Numbered from the stretch's first letter, positions 20,549 to 31,761 are shown. The stretch is DNA of 64,000 nt from an uncultured Chroococcidiopsis sp. (GCA_964248365.1 CAXTYC010000010.1:64001-128000); one strand, 5' to 3'. Notes: generated from the sequence alone by a model not told the origin. Translations and numbers: made by a program.

Positions 20549-21718
20549 TTACTCACTCAAGGAGTTGCTGTTTAGATATTTGTGCGTTATTGATAACACT
20601 GTTTCTGCATCTACTGGTTTGCTCAAGAAATCTGAAGCACCGACAATTTTGGCTCTAACTCGGTCGATAATGCCATCATTTCCGGTCAGGATAATGATAG
20701 GAGTAGTACGGAATGCAGAAACTTTTCGTAATTGGCTACATATTTCATATCCATTGGTATTTGGCATGACTAAATCTAAAAAGATCACATCGGGTTTACG
20801 AGTTAATAAACCTGCGATCGCCCTGAGTGAATCTTGAATTGCTACAAATTGGTAGCCATTTGATGTTAAAATTTGTTCCATACTTTGACAAACTAAAGGG
20901 CTATCATCCACACAAGCAATCAAAGGTCCTGAAGCCGCAGCAGTACTGCCTGGTGGTGCTGTAGGAGATTTGGCAGAGATTGGTGCAGCTAAATCAGGAA
21001 TATTGATTAACTCCACTAAACCCGCTTGAATGTAAGGCAGTAGGGAACAAGTTACATCTTTAACCTCTCGATTCATTACTACAGCCAAATCCCGCAACGT
21101 GCGTTGTCCATCCAGTAATTTGGTAAGATTTTGGTAAACTGCTGGTGAAACTTGTTGCTGTAGCTGTTCGCGCTGATTAATTACTAACGCTTTGTTGGGA
21201 GAGCGATCGGCAATATTAGCTTTTTGCCAGCTTTGCCAAATCTGCTGTACTTCTGTTAGTAATTGCCCAGGATCTAGCAATACTAATTGTGGCAATGATG
21301 TGTTTTCTGGCTTGAGATAATAATTCACTTGTATTGCTTGAGTGACATCAAACAATACTTCAGCAACAATAGCGGCAATCATTTTTCCCGCTTGCTCTCT
21401 AGTTATTTGTTGCTGTTCTACCCCTGCATACAACAATTGACATTCCCAACATTCAGATGTAGCCGATGAGTTAGAAAGAATGGCAGATAACTTTAGCTGT
21501 TGAAGATCAATTTGAGGGCAGTTTATCTTCAGCTGTCTGAGCCAGCGCCTAACTGGATGATTACCGCCTGTTGCATACAAAATCCGACCAAGAAATAGAT
21601 AAATAATCCATTCTTGATTTCCTGGTCCTTTCAGTAAAAATTGCCCAGTAAATCTATCTTGCTTTAAAGCAGCGATTTGACTGATAAAATCATTAGTTGC
21701 AAGTGGTTCCGCCATCAT
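20549..21718 (-). CDS. pixG: PatA-family response regulator (PATAN + REC; PixG type)
   Basis: FTG..W..YLFLGRILYATGGNHPVRRW N-terminus; C-terminal IACVDDS..DLVMP..DRVRAKIVGASDFLSKP. Confidence 0.88.
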   Translation of the reverse strand: MMAEPLATNDFISQIAALKQDRFTGQFLLKGPGNQEWIIYLFLGRILYATGGNHPVRRWLRQLKINCPQIDLQQLKLSAILSNSSATSECWECQLLYAGVEQQQITREQAGKMIAAIVAEVLFDVTQAIQVNYYLKPENTSLPQLVLLDPGQLLTEVQQIWQSWQKANIADRSPNKALVINQREQLQQQVSPAVYQNLTKLLDGQRTLRDLAVVMNREVKDVTCSLLPYIQAGLVELINIPDLAAPISAKSPTAPPGSTAAASGPLIACVDDSPLVCQSMEQILTSNGYQFVAIQDSLRAIAGLLTRKPDVIFLDLVMPNTNGYEICSQLRKVSAFRTTPIIILTGNDGIIDRVRAKIVGASDFLSKPVDAETVLSITHKYLNSNSLSE

Positions 21719-22932
21719 AATACCAGTTATTTTACTTACATTTATTTTGGGTGAATACTAATTTAAATAAACTGGTTATTGCTCAAGGATTAGATTTTAC
21801 TTCAATCGATAATGATGTTTTACTTCTTGAGATTACCAAAATTTTAAAAAAATCTGTTTGCAAAAGTAGGAATAAGGAGGAGCATTAAACTAAAGAAACA
21901 ATGAAGAAAGCAAAAAATCCTGAATTTAAAATCTGACAAAAGCCTCGTCTTAACGTCGCATTGATCATGGCATCAGCTTAATTAAGCAAGTAACCGTATG
22001 AATACTGAATTTGTTTGACCTAGGCAGAGTTTACGTACGTATGAGCAGGGGTTTATTATTTACTTAAAAAAGTGTTTCAAAAGGAATAAAGACAATCTTC
22101 AAAGCCTATAATAATCAATGCTTAGGCTTATAGAACTAGCATCCTATTAACAGTTACAGCAGGGGTAGCAGTAAGAAATTAGACTTATTGCAAAATTGAT
22201 TTTTCTTCTGGGTAACAGGAAAGTAACTCTCCTTCCCACGAGGTCTACCTCTTGACTTCCTATCTGTGTGGAAAGGGAGTAGGTGTGTCCTTCCAAGACT
22301 TATCCGCCCCATGTTCATACTCCAGCCCAAGCGCGATCGTCATTTGATGACATCATTATTTAGAGTCCTTGCTGGCGTGGACTTTTGCTATTAGCGAGGG
22401 CTTAAGGCGCAGCTAAGGAGGAGCGTAATGTATATTTGCTCAAAAGTAATGTATAAAATTTGCCCAAGGGCTTAAGTAAGAACAACGCCTATGCTGCTAG
22501 CACTGGTAGCATAAGTTAGTAATGCATCCGCAGCTTGGTGGGATAAGCTGCTCATGCATTTAAGCTGCATTCAATGGACGGGCTTTCCTGCCCATCCCAC
22601 AACAGTTAGATCATAAATATGGTTATATCAAAAACTTTTAACCAGGTAAACCAAAACAAGCTTGTAGAGCAAGTAATAGCCAGCAGTTTGACTAAATTTA
22701 TAAGTGATATTATAATTTTCTTCTGAAGCTGCACATTCACTGTTATAGGTACGTAAACCTTGGGGAGGTAAGTACTTACTTACAATGAGAGTGAGTTTAA
22801 CTACAAGTTTTGAGTATTTTGAGTATATTTTAAGTCTTTACTTAGCCTTCACGCTATCACTATTATATTAGCAGAAATATTTACTAATTTTTTAAATTGA
22901 TAACTGTATATTTACTGTGTCTTTACATTTCG

Positions 22933-22972
22933 TTAGCTAAGTGCATATTAGGATTAATATGCACTTAGCTAA
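22933..22972. promoter_or_regulatory. Perfect 18 bp inverted repeat upstream of the polysaccharide operon
   Basis: TTAGCTAAGTGCATATTA-ggat-TAATATGCACTTAGCTAA, 88 bp before the rfbF ATG; function unknown. Confidence 0.45.
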
Positions 22973-23060
22973 ATGAAGGCGTTTGCTCACTCACACAACA
23001 GTGGTGACGGAATCTACCAAAAATACAAACTAGTCTGGTAAAAAATTTCGAGGTAACCAC

Positions 23061-23834
23061 ATGAAAGCCGTAATACTTGCAGGAGGGCTTGGCACTCGTC
23101 TTTGCGAAGAAACCACTGTTAGACCGAAGCCTATGGTTGAGATTGGCGCTAGACCCATTCTATGGCACATCATGAAAATCTACTCAGCCTATGGCATTAA
23201 TGATTTTATTATTTGCTGCGGTTACAAAGGATACATAATCAAGGAATATTTTGCTAATTATTTTTTACATATGTCAGACGTGACGTTTGACATGAGATTT
23301 AATCAGATGAATATTCATTGTGGCTATGCAGAACCTTGGCGAGTCACACTGGTAGATACAGGTGACAAAACCATGACTGGTGGACGGCTCAAGCGAGTAA
23401 GAGAACACATCGGTAATGAAACCTTTTGTTTTACCTATGGCGATGGTGTCAGCAGTGTGAACATAAAAGATTTAATCGAGTTTCATAAACAGCAAAAGAC
23501 TTTGGCAACACTAACAGCAAGCCAACCACCAGGACGATTCGGTGCAATCTGCTTGTCACAAGAGCAAACTAAGATTACCAGCTTTCGTGAAAAGCCAGTA
23601 GGAGACGGTGCTTGGGTAAATAGTGGTTTTTTTGTGCTGGAACCAGAAGTTATTGACTTTATTGCCGATGACTCTACTGTTTGGGAACAAGAACCTTTGC
23701 AAAAGCTAGCTAATATGGAGCAACTGTCAGCTTACAAGCATACTGGTTTTTGGCAACCTATGGACACTTTACGAGATAAGTGCTACTTAGAAGACCTTTG
23801 GAACAGCGATTATACTCCTTGGAAGGTATGGTAA
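23061..23834 (+). CDS. rfbF: Glucose-1-phosphate cytidylyltransferase
   Basis: [59 protein letters not shown]. Confidence 0.95.
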   Translation: MKAVILAGGLGTRLCEETTVRPKPMVEIGARPILWHIMKIYSAYGINDFIICCGYKGYIIKEYFANYFLHMSDVTFDMRFNQMNIHCGYAEPWRVTLVDTGDKTMTGGRLKRVREHIGNETFCFTYGDGVSSVNIKDLIEFHKQQKTLATLTASQPPGRFGAICLSQEQTKITSFREKPVGDGAWVNSGFFVLEPEVIDFIADDSTVWEQEPLQKLANMEQLSAYKHTGFWQPMDTLRDKCYLEDLWNSDYTPWKVW

Positions 23835-23882
23835 TTGTTTTTGCCACCTGGTATCAACTTCAGTTTGATGGATGACATTCTC

Positions 23883-25097
23883 ATGTATGATTTTGCAATT
23901 ATAGGCGGCGGAATTGTTGGTCTTGCTAGCGGTATGGCTGTAGGTAAACGCTATCCTAATGCACGAATTTTAATTTTAGAGAAGGAAAGTAATTGGGCAT
24001 ATCACCAAACTGGAAATAATAGCGGTGTAATTCACTCTGGTATTTATTACAAGCCTGGGAGTTTTAAGGCTAAGTTCTGCCGTGACGGTAGTCGTTCAAT
24101 GGTGGAATTTTGCCAGCAATATGGTATTGATTATGAAGTTTGCGGTAAGGTAATTGTTGCGACGGAGGTTGAACAACTGCCACTACTAGAAAATCTCTAC
24201 AAAAGAGGTTTAGAGAATGGCTTGAATGTTACTAAGATTAGTGCAGAGCAAGTTAAAGAAATTGAGCCTCATGTTAGTTGTCTAGCAGGCATCCGAGTAT
24301 CGACAACTGGAATTGTTAACTATAAACAAGTTTGTCAGAAATACGCTGATTTAATTAAATCTCAAGGCGGCGATTTGCGGCTCAATACTAAGGTTGAGAA
24401 GATTAGCCAAACCAGTACAGGTACTGTATTGGAAACAAACAATGGCACGTTTGAGACTCGCTTTGTAATTAATTGTGCTGGATTGCATAGCGATCGCATT
24501 GCTAAATTAGGACAAGTCGATCCGCAAGCTAAGATTGTGCCGTTTCGCGGTGAATACTATGAATTAATACCAGAAAAACGTTATCTTGTCAAGACGCTAA
24601 TTTATCCGGTTCCCAATCCTGCCTTTCCGTTTTTGGGTGTCCACTTCACTCGGATGATTGATGGTAGTGTCCACGCCGGACCAAATGCCGTACTGAGTTT
24701 GAAGCGTGAAGGATACAAAAAGACTGACTTCGACCTACGGGATTTTACTGAAGTTATGACTTATCCTGGTTTCTGGAAATTGGCAGGTCTCCACGCCCAG
24801 GAAGGAATTGGGGAAATCATTCGTTCATTTAGCAAAGCTGCTTTTGTGCGAAGTTTACAAAAGCTAATTCCAGAAGTAAAAGCAGAAGATTTAGTTCCAA
24901 CCCATGCTGGGGTAAGGGCGCAAGCGTTGATGAGCGATGGTAAGTTGGTAGACGACTTTTTGATTGTTCAAGGTAAGAACGCTACTCATGTATGTAATGC
25001 GCCGTCGCCTGCTGCTACTTCTTCACTGGAAATTGGCAAAGCGATCGCCGCCGCCATTCCCGAACAATCCCATCTTGAACCAAGAGTAAAAGTATAG
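23883..25097 (+). CDS. lhgO: L-2-hydroxyglutarate oxidase-like flavoprotein
   Basis: YDFAIIGGGIVG, HQTGNNSGVIHSGIYYKPGS, PFRGEYY, PFLGVHFTR, NAPSPAATSSL; start set at ATG 23883. Confidence 0.9.
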   Translation: MYDFAIIGGGIVGLASGMAVGKRYPNARILILEKESNWAYHQTGNNSGVIHSGIYYKPGSFKAKFCRDGSRSMVEFCQQYGIDYEVCGKVIVATEVEQLPLLENLYKRGLENGLNVTKISAEQVKEIEPHVSCLAGIRVSTTGIVNYKQVCQKYADLIKSQGGDLRLNTKVEKISQTSTGTVLETNNGTFETRFVINCAGLHSDRIAKLGQVDPQAKIVPFRGEYYELIPEKRYLVKTLIYPVPNPAFPFLGVHFTRMIDGSVHAGPNAVLSLKREGYKKTDFDLRDFTEVMTYPGFWKLAGLHAQEGIGEIIRSFSKAAFVRSLQKLIPEVKAEDLVPTHAGVRAQALMSDGKLVDDFLIVQGKNATHVCNAPSPAATSSLEIGKAIAAAIPEQSHLEPRVKV

Positions 25098-25109
25098 GAA
25101 TTTACACAG

Positions 25110-26132
25110 ATGAAAGTATTAGTAACTGGAACAGAAGGTTATCTAGGCTCATTGTTGCCACCAATTTTAATGCAGCGTGGGCATGAAGTAATAGGGGTAG
25201 ATACGGGCTATTACAAAGTTGGTTGGCTGTACAACGGAACTGAAGTTACTGCTAAAACCCTAAATAAAGACATTCGACACATCACGGCTGAAGATTTAGA
25301 AGGCGTAGAGGCGATCGTTCACATGGCTGAACTATCGAACGATCCCACCGGACAACTTTCGCCCAATATTACCTACGACATTAACCATAAAGGTTCAGTG
25401 CGCTTGGCAACATTAGCTAAAGCTGCTGGTGTGCGGCGTTTTGTGTATATGTCTTCTTGTAGTGTCTATGGCGTTGCTACCGAGGGAGACGTTACCGAAG
25501 AAACTCCAGTCAATCCACAAACAGCTTATGCCGATTGTAAAACTTTGGTAGAGCGCGATGTGATGGCAATGGCAGAGGATAATTTCTCGCCCACATTCTT
25601 ACGCAATGCTACTGCTTTTGGGGCTTCTCCCAGAATGCGTTTTGATATTGTTCTAAATAACCTAGCAGGACTAGCTTGGACTACCAAAGAAATCAAAATG
25701 ACGAGTGACGGTACGCCTTGGCGACCACTAGTTCACGCTTTGGATATTTGTAAAGCAATTGTTTGCACATTGGAAGCACCGCGCGACATTGTGCATAACC
25801 AAATTTTCAATGTAGGCGATACCGCCAACAATTATCAAGTAAAAGAAATTGCCGAGATAGTTGCACAAATCTTTAAAGGATGTCAATTAACTTTTGGGCA
25901 AAACGGTGCAGATAACCGCAGTTATCGAGTTTCCTTTGAGAAGATCAACAAAACTTTACCAGGATTCAAGTGTGAGTGGGACGCGGTTCGTGGTGCTAAG
26001 CAGCTATTTGACATATTTACTCTAATTGATATGTCAGAAGAGACTTTTTTCTTTAGGGGTTTTACTCGCTTGAAGCAACTTGAGTATCTAATTCGCACTG
26101 CGCAAATCGATCAAGATTTCTTCTGGAAATAA
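25110..26132 (+). CDS. NAD-dependent sugar epimerase/dehydratase (extended SDR)
   Basis: GTEGYLG, HMAELSNDP, SSCSVYG, YADCK, RFDIVLNN. Confidence 0.9.
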   Translation: MKVLVTGTEGYLGSLLPPILMQRGHEVIGVDTGYYKVGWLYNGTEVTAKTLNKDIRHITAEDLEGVEAIVHMAELSNDPTGQLSPNITYDINHKGSVRLATLAKAAGVRRFVYMSSCSVYGVATEGDVTEETPVNPQTAYADCKTLVERDVMAMAEDNFSPTFLRNATAFGASPRMRFDIVLNNLAGLAWTTKEIKMTSDGTPWRPLVHALDICKAIVCTLEAPRDIVHNQIFNVGDTANNYQVKEIAEIVAQIFKGCQLTFGQNGADNRSYRVSFEKINKTLPGFKCEWDAVRGAKQLFDIFTLIDMSEETFFFRGFTRLKQLEYLIRTAQIDQDFFWK

Positions 26133-26336
26133 ATAGAAATAGTTAGCCTCTATCTCTAAAGTGCGCTGGCGAAAGTGGAATTTATTTTCAGTTATCTTGC
26201 ACTAATAACTAATAAGGCTCCGCCTTAACGATCTCGTTTCTAAGCTGAGCTTAGAAACGAGAGCAAAGAGGTTATACCTCCTAGCTGTGCAAGAAGTGAT
26301 TCGTGCTATTCATTAAATCAGTAGGAAACATTAAAT

Positions 26337-27614
26337 ATGAGTAATCAGTGTCGTTTTTGTAATAATCAACTCAAGTATACTTTTGCTGACTTAGGAACAT
26401 CGCCTATAGCCAATGACTATTTAAATCCCGAACAGCTCCTGCGGGCAGAAAAATTTTATCCACTCCATGCATACGTTTGTGAGAAATGTCTGTTGGTGCA
26501 GCTAGATGAAGTTGAATCCCCCGATCACATTTTTGGTGATGGTGACTATGCTTATTTTTCTTCCTACTCGGATAGTTGGCTAAGACACGCCAAGGCATAC
26601 ACTGATCTAATGGTAGAAAGGTTTGGATTTAACTCTAATCATCGAGTGATTGAAATTGCTAGTAATGATGGTTATTTGCTGCAATATTTTCACGAAAAAG
26701 GAATTCCAGTTTTAGGGATTGAACCTGCTGCAAATACAGCCAAAGTAGCGGCAGAAAAAGGTATTCCAAGCTGGGTTAAGTTCTTTGGGGTGGAAACAGC
26801 AAAAGAACTGGTAGCGGAAGGAAAAACAGCAGATTTATTGTTGGGAAACAATGTATTAGCTCACGTTCCTGATGTGAATGATTTTGTGGCTGGGATGAAA
26901 ATTGTCTTGAAGCCAAATGGTATTTTGACAATGGAGTTTCCCCATTTGTTGCAACTGATGCAGCAAAATCAATTTGACACAATTTATCACGAGCATTTTT
27001 CCTATTTTTCATTCTTAACAGTAGAGAAAATTTTTGCGGCACATGGTTTGACAATATTTGATGTAGAGGAATTACCAACTCATGGCGGTTCTTTGCGGAT
27101 ATATGGCAAATATAATGATGCGATCGCACCTGCAATTAGTGAACGAGTAACAAAATTAAAAGATAAGGAAACTTCTTTTCTTTTGCACGACGTGGAAACT
27201 TATTTAACATTTGGGGAACAAGTAAAAGCAACCAAACGTAAACTACTAAGTTTTCTAATTGAAGCGAAAGCTCAAGGGAAAGCGATCGCCGCTTATGGTG
27301 CGCCAGCTAAAGGCAATACCCTACTGAATTACTGCGGTGTTGGCACAGATTTTATTGACTATACAGTAGATCGCAGCCCCTACAAACAAGGAATGTTTCT
27401 CCCTGGAACTCACATTCCCATCCTGCATCCAGATCAAATCCGCTCCACTAAGCCGGATTACATACTAATTTTGCCCTGGAATCTCAAAGAGGAAATTATG
27501 AGCCAAATCGCATATATTGCTGACTGGGGCGGTAAATTTGTAGTACCAATTCCCTATGTACAAGTATATGACCCCTCGCTACAATTTAACATACAGCCTT
27601 TATTATTGAAATAG
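26337..27614 (+). CDS. NDP-hexose C-methyltransferase (Zn-binding, SAM-dependent)
   Basis: CRFC..CEKC zinc site, EIASNDG, FDTIYHEH, THGGSLR, YGAPAKGNTLLN, ILPWN. Confidence 0.9.
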   Translation: MSNQCRFCNNQLKYTFADLGTSPIANDYLNPEQLLRAEKFYPLHAYVCEKCLLVQLDEVESPDHIFGDGDYAYFSSYSDSWLRHAKAYTDLMVERFGFNSNHRVIEIASNDGYLLQYFHEKGIPVLGIEPAANTAKVAAEKGIPSWVKFFGVETAKELVAEGKTADLLLGNNVLAHVPDVNDFVAGMKIVLKPNGILTMEFPHLLQLMQQNQFDTIYHEHFSYFSFLTVEKIFAAHGLTIFDVEELPTHGGSLRIYGKYNDAIAPAISERVTKLKDKETSFLLHDVETYLTFGEQVKATKRKLLSFLIEAKAQGKAIAAYGAPAKGNTLLNYCGVGTDFIDYTVDRSPYKQGMFLPGTHIPILHPDQIRSTKPDYILILPWNLKEEIMSQIAYIADWGGKFVVPIPYVQVYDPSLQFNIQPLLLK

Positions 27615-27647
27615 ATTAACCTCAGATCTTGCATCTGGCTTGATTGC

Positions 27648-27735
27648 TACAGCAATCCGCGCATCATTGGTGAACAGTAGATGATGTAGGGCATTGCCCA
27701 TCGAATCTGATAATGGTGGGCAATGCCCACCCTAC
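27648..27735. repeat. REP/MITE-like element, inverted copy of the 2461/38050/63409 family
   Basis: TACAGCAATCC..GTGAACAGTAGATGA..CTGATAATGGTGGGCAATGCCCACCCTAC. Confidence 0.6.
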
Positions 27736-27878
27736 TATAAATTAACTTGTCACCAAAAAATAGAGGCTTTGCCTCATTTAAAAAAGGGAAATAAAGCCCA
27801 ATTATCTTAATTAACTCATCTACAAGTTAATGACTAAATTACTAATGTAAACAAACGTTTTGAGATAAAAATTGATTT

Positions 27879-28421
27879 ATGTTATTTACTGAAACTACTC
27901 TTAAAGGCGCGTTCATTATTGACATAGAGCAGCGAGAAGATCATCGCGGCTTCTTTGCTCGAACGTTTTGCGCCCAAGAATTTGTCGCCTACGGTTTAGA
28001 AGTAACTAATGCCCAGTGCAGCATCGCCTTTAATCGTAAAAAAGGCACAATAAGAGGTATGCACTATAATGCTGAACCTGCAACAGAGGCAAAGTTAGTT
28101 CGTTGTACTCAAGGGGCTATCTATGATGTGATTGTAGATTTACGTCCTGACTCTCCCACTTTTCTAGCTCATATTGGTGTGGAACTAACAGCTGATAACC
28201 ATCGATCGCTATATGTACCGGAAATGTTTGCTCACGGCTACCAGACGCTGACAGATGGGGCTGAGGTTGTATATCAGATGAATAAATTCTACACACCAGG
28301 TTACGAGCGGGGCTTGCACTATGACGATCCTATGTTAGGTATAGAGTGGGCGCTACCAGTAAGCGAAATTTCTGAAAAAGACTTGAACTGGCAATTTTTG
28401 GAAACAAGTATCATTAAGTAA
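27879..28421 (+). CDS. rfbC: NDP-4-keto-6-deoxyhexose 3,5-epimerase
   Basis: DHRGFFAR..GTIRGMHY..KLVRCTQGAIYDVIVDLR..FAHGYQTL..SEKD. Confidence 0.92.
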   Translation: MLFTETTLKGAFIIDIEQREDHRGFFARTFCAQEFVAYGLEVTNAQCSIAFNRKKGTIRGMHYNAEPATEAKLVRCTQGAIYDVIVDLRPDSPTFLAHIGVELTADNHRSLYVPEMFAHGYQTLTDGAEVVYQMNKFYTPGYERGLHYDDPMLGIEWALPVSEISEKDLNWQFLETSIIK

Positions 28422-28462
28422 TGACGGTATAAAATTTACTGTTGAATACAGGAGCTAGCAGG

Positions 28463-29404
28463 GTGAATAATACGATTTTCTTCGATTCTAGCCATAGTGA
28501 TGAAGCCAGACGTGAGCAAATATACAACGGACAACTGTTCGTTTACTCACCTTGCAAGAGCGCGATCGCAATGTGTGAGTTTGCTCGTGAATTGGCACAA
28601 TCCGCTTTTGCCCCCCTACATCCAACCGAAGCACAGCATCACCTACCAGTCGAAGAGTATGCAGCAATTTTGGCTGAACTCAAGCCGAAATTTATCCACC
28701 ATCCCAAGTCAAAGCAATTTATTCAGGGAATTCTGAGCGAGTTGGGATGTGATTTAGAAAAAACATACTTCGACGTACCGCGTTTGCGTACAGCAACCAG
28801 TGACAATTATCTCACCTCTGGCATCGCCTATGCCTTCCATCCCCATCGTGACACTTGGTACTCGGCTCCCCCCTGCCAGTTAAACTGGTGGTTCCCAGTT
28901 TATGACGTTGAGCCAGATAACGTTATGGCTTTTCATCCCCGTTACTTCTCCCAGCCAGTGAAAAACGGTTCTAGCGGCTACAACTACTACGAATGGAACA
29001 AAGAAAGCCGCAAGAACGCAGCACAGCATATTAAGAAAGATACACGCAAGCAACCACGAGCCGACGAGCCGATGGAACTCGATCCACAAATTCGGATCGT
29101 GAGCAAAGTTGGTGGTATAACGCTTTTTTCTGGTGCTCAGATGCACTCCACTGTACCTAACACTTCTGGACGCACACGCTTTAGTATCGATTTCAGAACA
29201 GTGCATCTTGATGATGTGGTAGCAAAGCGGGGCGCACCGAATGTTGACTCGGCTTGTACGGGAACTGTTTTGCGGGACTTCTTGCGTGGTACTGATTTTG
29301 CTCACATTCCCGAAGAAATAGTCAAACTCTACGATGATGGAAATCCGATAGATGGTGTGCTGGTGTTCGATCCTTCTGTGCTTTCCCACCCTGTCCGCAC
29401 ATAA
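28463..29404 (+). CDS. Hypothetical protein, putative Fe(II)/2-oxoglutarate dioxygenase
   Basis: HPHRDTW (HxD), QLNWWFP, MHSTVPN..RFSIDFR (distal His, RxS); GTG start after AGGAG. Confidence 0.6.
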   Translation: MNNTIFFDSSHSDEARREQIYNGQLFVYSPCKSAIAMCEFARELAQSAFAPLHPTEAQHHLPVEEYAAILAELKPKFIHHPKSKQFIQGILSELGCDLEKTYFDVPRLRTATSDNYLTSGIAYAFHPHRDTWYSAPPCQLNWWFPVYDVEPDNVMAFHPRYFSQPVKNGSSGYNYYEWNKESRKNAAQHIKKDTRKQPRADEPMELDPQIRIVSKVGGITLFSGAQMHSTVPNTSGRTRFSIDFRTVHLDDVVAKRGAPNVDSACTGTVLRDFLRGTDFAHIPEEIVKLYDDGNPIDGVLVFDPSVLSHPVRT

Positions 29405-29498
29405 GCCGTCGGGTGCGTTAGAAACGCACCTTTAGCCTCGTATCCCAGGCATCGCTGTGGGAACGAGAATGTAGTGCAAGATATCAGGTAGACAAAGT

Positions 29499-30293
29499 AT
29501 GGCAAGTAATAACCATGATCAACAGCAGGAAGTTATCGCCTTGATACCAGCAGGGGGGCAAGCAACGCGCATATCTCCTTTGCCTAGTAGCAAAGAGTTG
29601 TATCCAATTGGGTTTCGGTATCACGAAGACGGTAGCTTAAGACCTAAAGTGGTTTCTCATTATTTACTCGAAAAGATGCGACTGGCTGGTATTCGTAAAG
29701 CTTACTTCTTGCTGCGTCCTGGTAAGTGGGATATTCCAGCCTATTTTGGCGATGGCACATTTTTAGATATGCATCTAGGTTATCTAGTTGTGCGCTTGCC
29801 TTTTGGTGTTCCTTACACCTTAGACCAAGCATATCCTTTTGTCAAAAACGCCATAGTAGCTATAGGCTTTCCTGATATTCTTTTCTCTCCTGATGATACC
29901 TTCAAGCGGTTATTGGCACGTCTTGCCGCCGAAAGGGCAGATGTAGTTATTAACTTATTACCGTTTGAGCATCCCCACAAAGGCGGAATGGTTGATTTCG
30001 ACCAAAAGGGGCGAGTGCGGCTGATTGTAGAAAAACCGGAGCAAAGCGATTTACGCTACAGTTGGTGTGCGGCAGTGTGGACACCAACCTTTACCGAGTT
30101 TATGCATCAGTATTTAGCTGCAATTGAAGCCCTGCGATCGCCTCATCGGCGAGAAATACCGATTGGAGATATGATTGGGGCAGCAATTGACAACGGTTTA
30201 CTCGTGAGTGCCGAGCTTTTTAATGATGAACCCTACCTAGATATTGGCACACCAGCAGACTTAGTAAAAGCAGTGCGCCGCTTTACTCCTTAA
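29499..30293 (+). CDS. Sugar-phosphate nucleotidyltransferase (RmlA-like)
   Basis: LIPAGGQATRISPLPSSKELYPIG, VEKP, YLDIGTP. Confidence 0.85.
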   Translation: MASNNHDQQQEVIALIPAGGQATRISPLPSSKELYPIGFRYHEDGSLRPKVVSHYLLEKMRLAGIRKAYFLLRPGKWDIPAYFGDGTFLDMHLGYLVVRLPFGVPYTLDQAYPFVKNAIVAIGFPDILFSPDDTFKRLLARLAAERADVVINLLPFEHPHKGGMVDFDQKGRVRLIVEKPEQSDLRYSWCAAVWTPTFTEFMHQYLAAIEALRSPHRREIPIGDMIGAAIDNGLLVSAELFNDEPYLDIGTPADLVKAVRRFTP

Positions 30294-30417
30294 AATCCAA
30301 ACGTTACTCCCTTTGTGTCCAAAGAATATTCATTGACACAACAAGGCAAGCATTGGCAACCTGGGGGAGAATGATAAATTACAAATTACGAATAGCTTAA
30401 TATATAGGACTTGAGTC

Positions 30418-31761
30418 ATGCTGCAAGAAACACTTAAAACTCTTAGTTTGCCGCAACTGAAAAAAGATATCGAATCTCAAGATATTGGGCAGGAAATATA
30501 TAAACTGGTTACAGATTTCTATCCTATTTGCCGCAGTATTACAGGTAACGGAGTTCGAGAAACTCTGAGAATTATTCAAGATTATATTCCTTTAAAAATA
30601 CATGAAGTTCCTACAGGAACAGAAGTATTTGATTGGGAAGTACCAAAAGAGTGGAATATTAAAGACGCATACATTAAAAACTTAAAAGGTGAGAGAGTCG
30701 TAGATTTTAATAAATCTAACTTGCACGTAGTTAACTACAGTATGCCTGTAAACAAGGTAGTGCCTTGGGAGGAATTAAAAACACATATTTTCACTCTACC
30801 AGATTATCCTAATCGAATTCCTTATCGCACTTCATATTACAAAGAAACTTGGGGCTTTTGTTTAAGTCACGAGCAATTTTTGGCAATGCAGGATGCAGAG
30901 TATGAAGTGTGTATCGATTCTACTTTAAAACCAGGTAATTTAACATACGGCGAGTATTACTTAGAGGGAGAAAGCCAAGATGAAATTTTAATATCTTGCC
31001 ATATCTGTCATCCATCCCTGTGTAATGATAATCTTTCAGGTGTAGCTCTAGCTACACTATTGGCTAAACATTTAAGTCAGGTTTCACCCAGAAGATACTC
31101 TTATCGATTTATCTTCATTCCTGGCACTATTGGTTCTATCACTTGGCTTGCTTTAAATGAACATAATGTTCACAAAATTCAACATGGTTTAGTGTTAACT
31201 GGTGTCGGCGACGCTGGCAAATTTACATACAAAAAAAGCCGTCGAGGGAATGCAGATATAGATCGGGTAGTTATTTATGTTTTAAAATCTTCTGGTCAAG
31301 AACATCAAGTTATTGACTTCTTTCCCTATGGCTATGATGAACGCCAATATTGCTCACCTGGGTTTAATCTGCCTGTGGGTTGTTTTATGCGATCGTCTCA
31401 CGGTCAATATTCTGAATATCACACTTCGGCAGATAACTTGAGTTTTGTACAACCCCAGTATCTAGCTGATTCATTCTCACAATGTTTATCAGTTATAAAT
31501 ATTCTAGAAAATAATCAAATTTACTTAAACCAAAATCCTAAATGTGAGCCACGTTTAGGAAAAAGAGGGCTATATCGAGCAATTGGCGGTCATGCAGAAG
31601 AACAAGTTAATGAACTTGCTTTGTTATGGGTGCTGAATTTGGCTGATGGTGAACATACTTTGCTAGACATTGCCGAACGGTCAAAGTTTAGTTTTGATGT
31701 GATTAAAAAGGCAGCAGATGCATTGTTAGAAACTGGATTATTAAAAGTAAAATTAGAATAA
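30418..31761 (+). CDS. DUF4910-type protein (M28 peptidase-like fold with C-terminal winged helix)
   Basis: PICRSITGNGVRETL..FDWEVPKEWNI..HICHPSLCNDNLSG..YGYDERQYCSPG..EYHTSADN..CEPRLGKRGLY. Confidence 0.85.
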   Translation: MLQETLKTLSLPQLKKDIESQDIGQEIYKLVTDFYPICRSITGNGVRETLRIIQDYIPLKIHEVPTGTEVFDWEVPKEWNIKDAYIKNLKGERVVDFNKSNLHVVNYSMPVNKVVPWEELKTHIFTLPDYPNRIPYRTSYYKETWGFCLSHEQFLAMQDAEYEVCIDSTLKPGNLTYGEYYLEGESQDEILISCHICHPSLCNDNLSGVALATLLAKHLSQVSPRRYSYRFIFIPGTIGSITWLALNEHNVHKIQHGLVLTGVGDAGKFTYKKSRRGNADIDRVVIYVLKSSGQEHQVIDFFPYGYDERQYCSPGFNLPVGCFMRSSHGQYSEYHTSADNLSFVQPQYLADSFSQCLSVINILENNQIYLNQNPKCEPRLGKRGLYRAIGGHAEEQVNELALLWVLNLADGEHTLLDIAERSKFSFDVIKKAADALLETGLLKVKLE

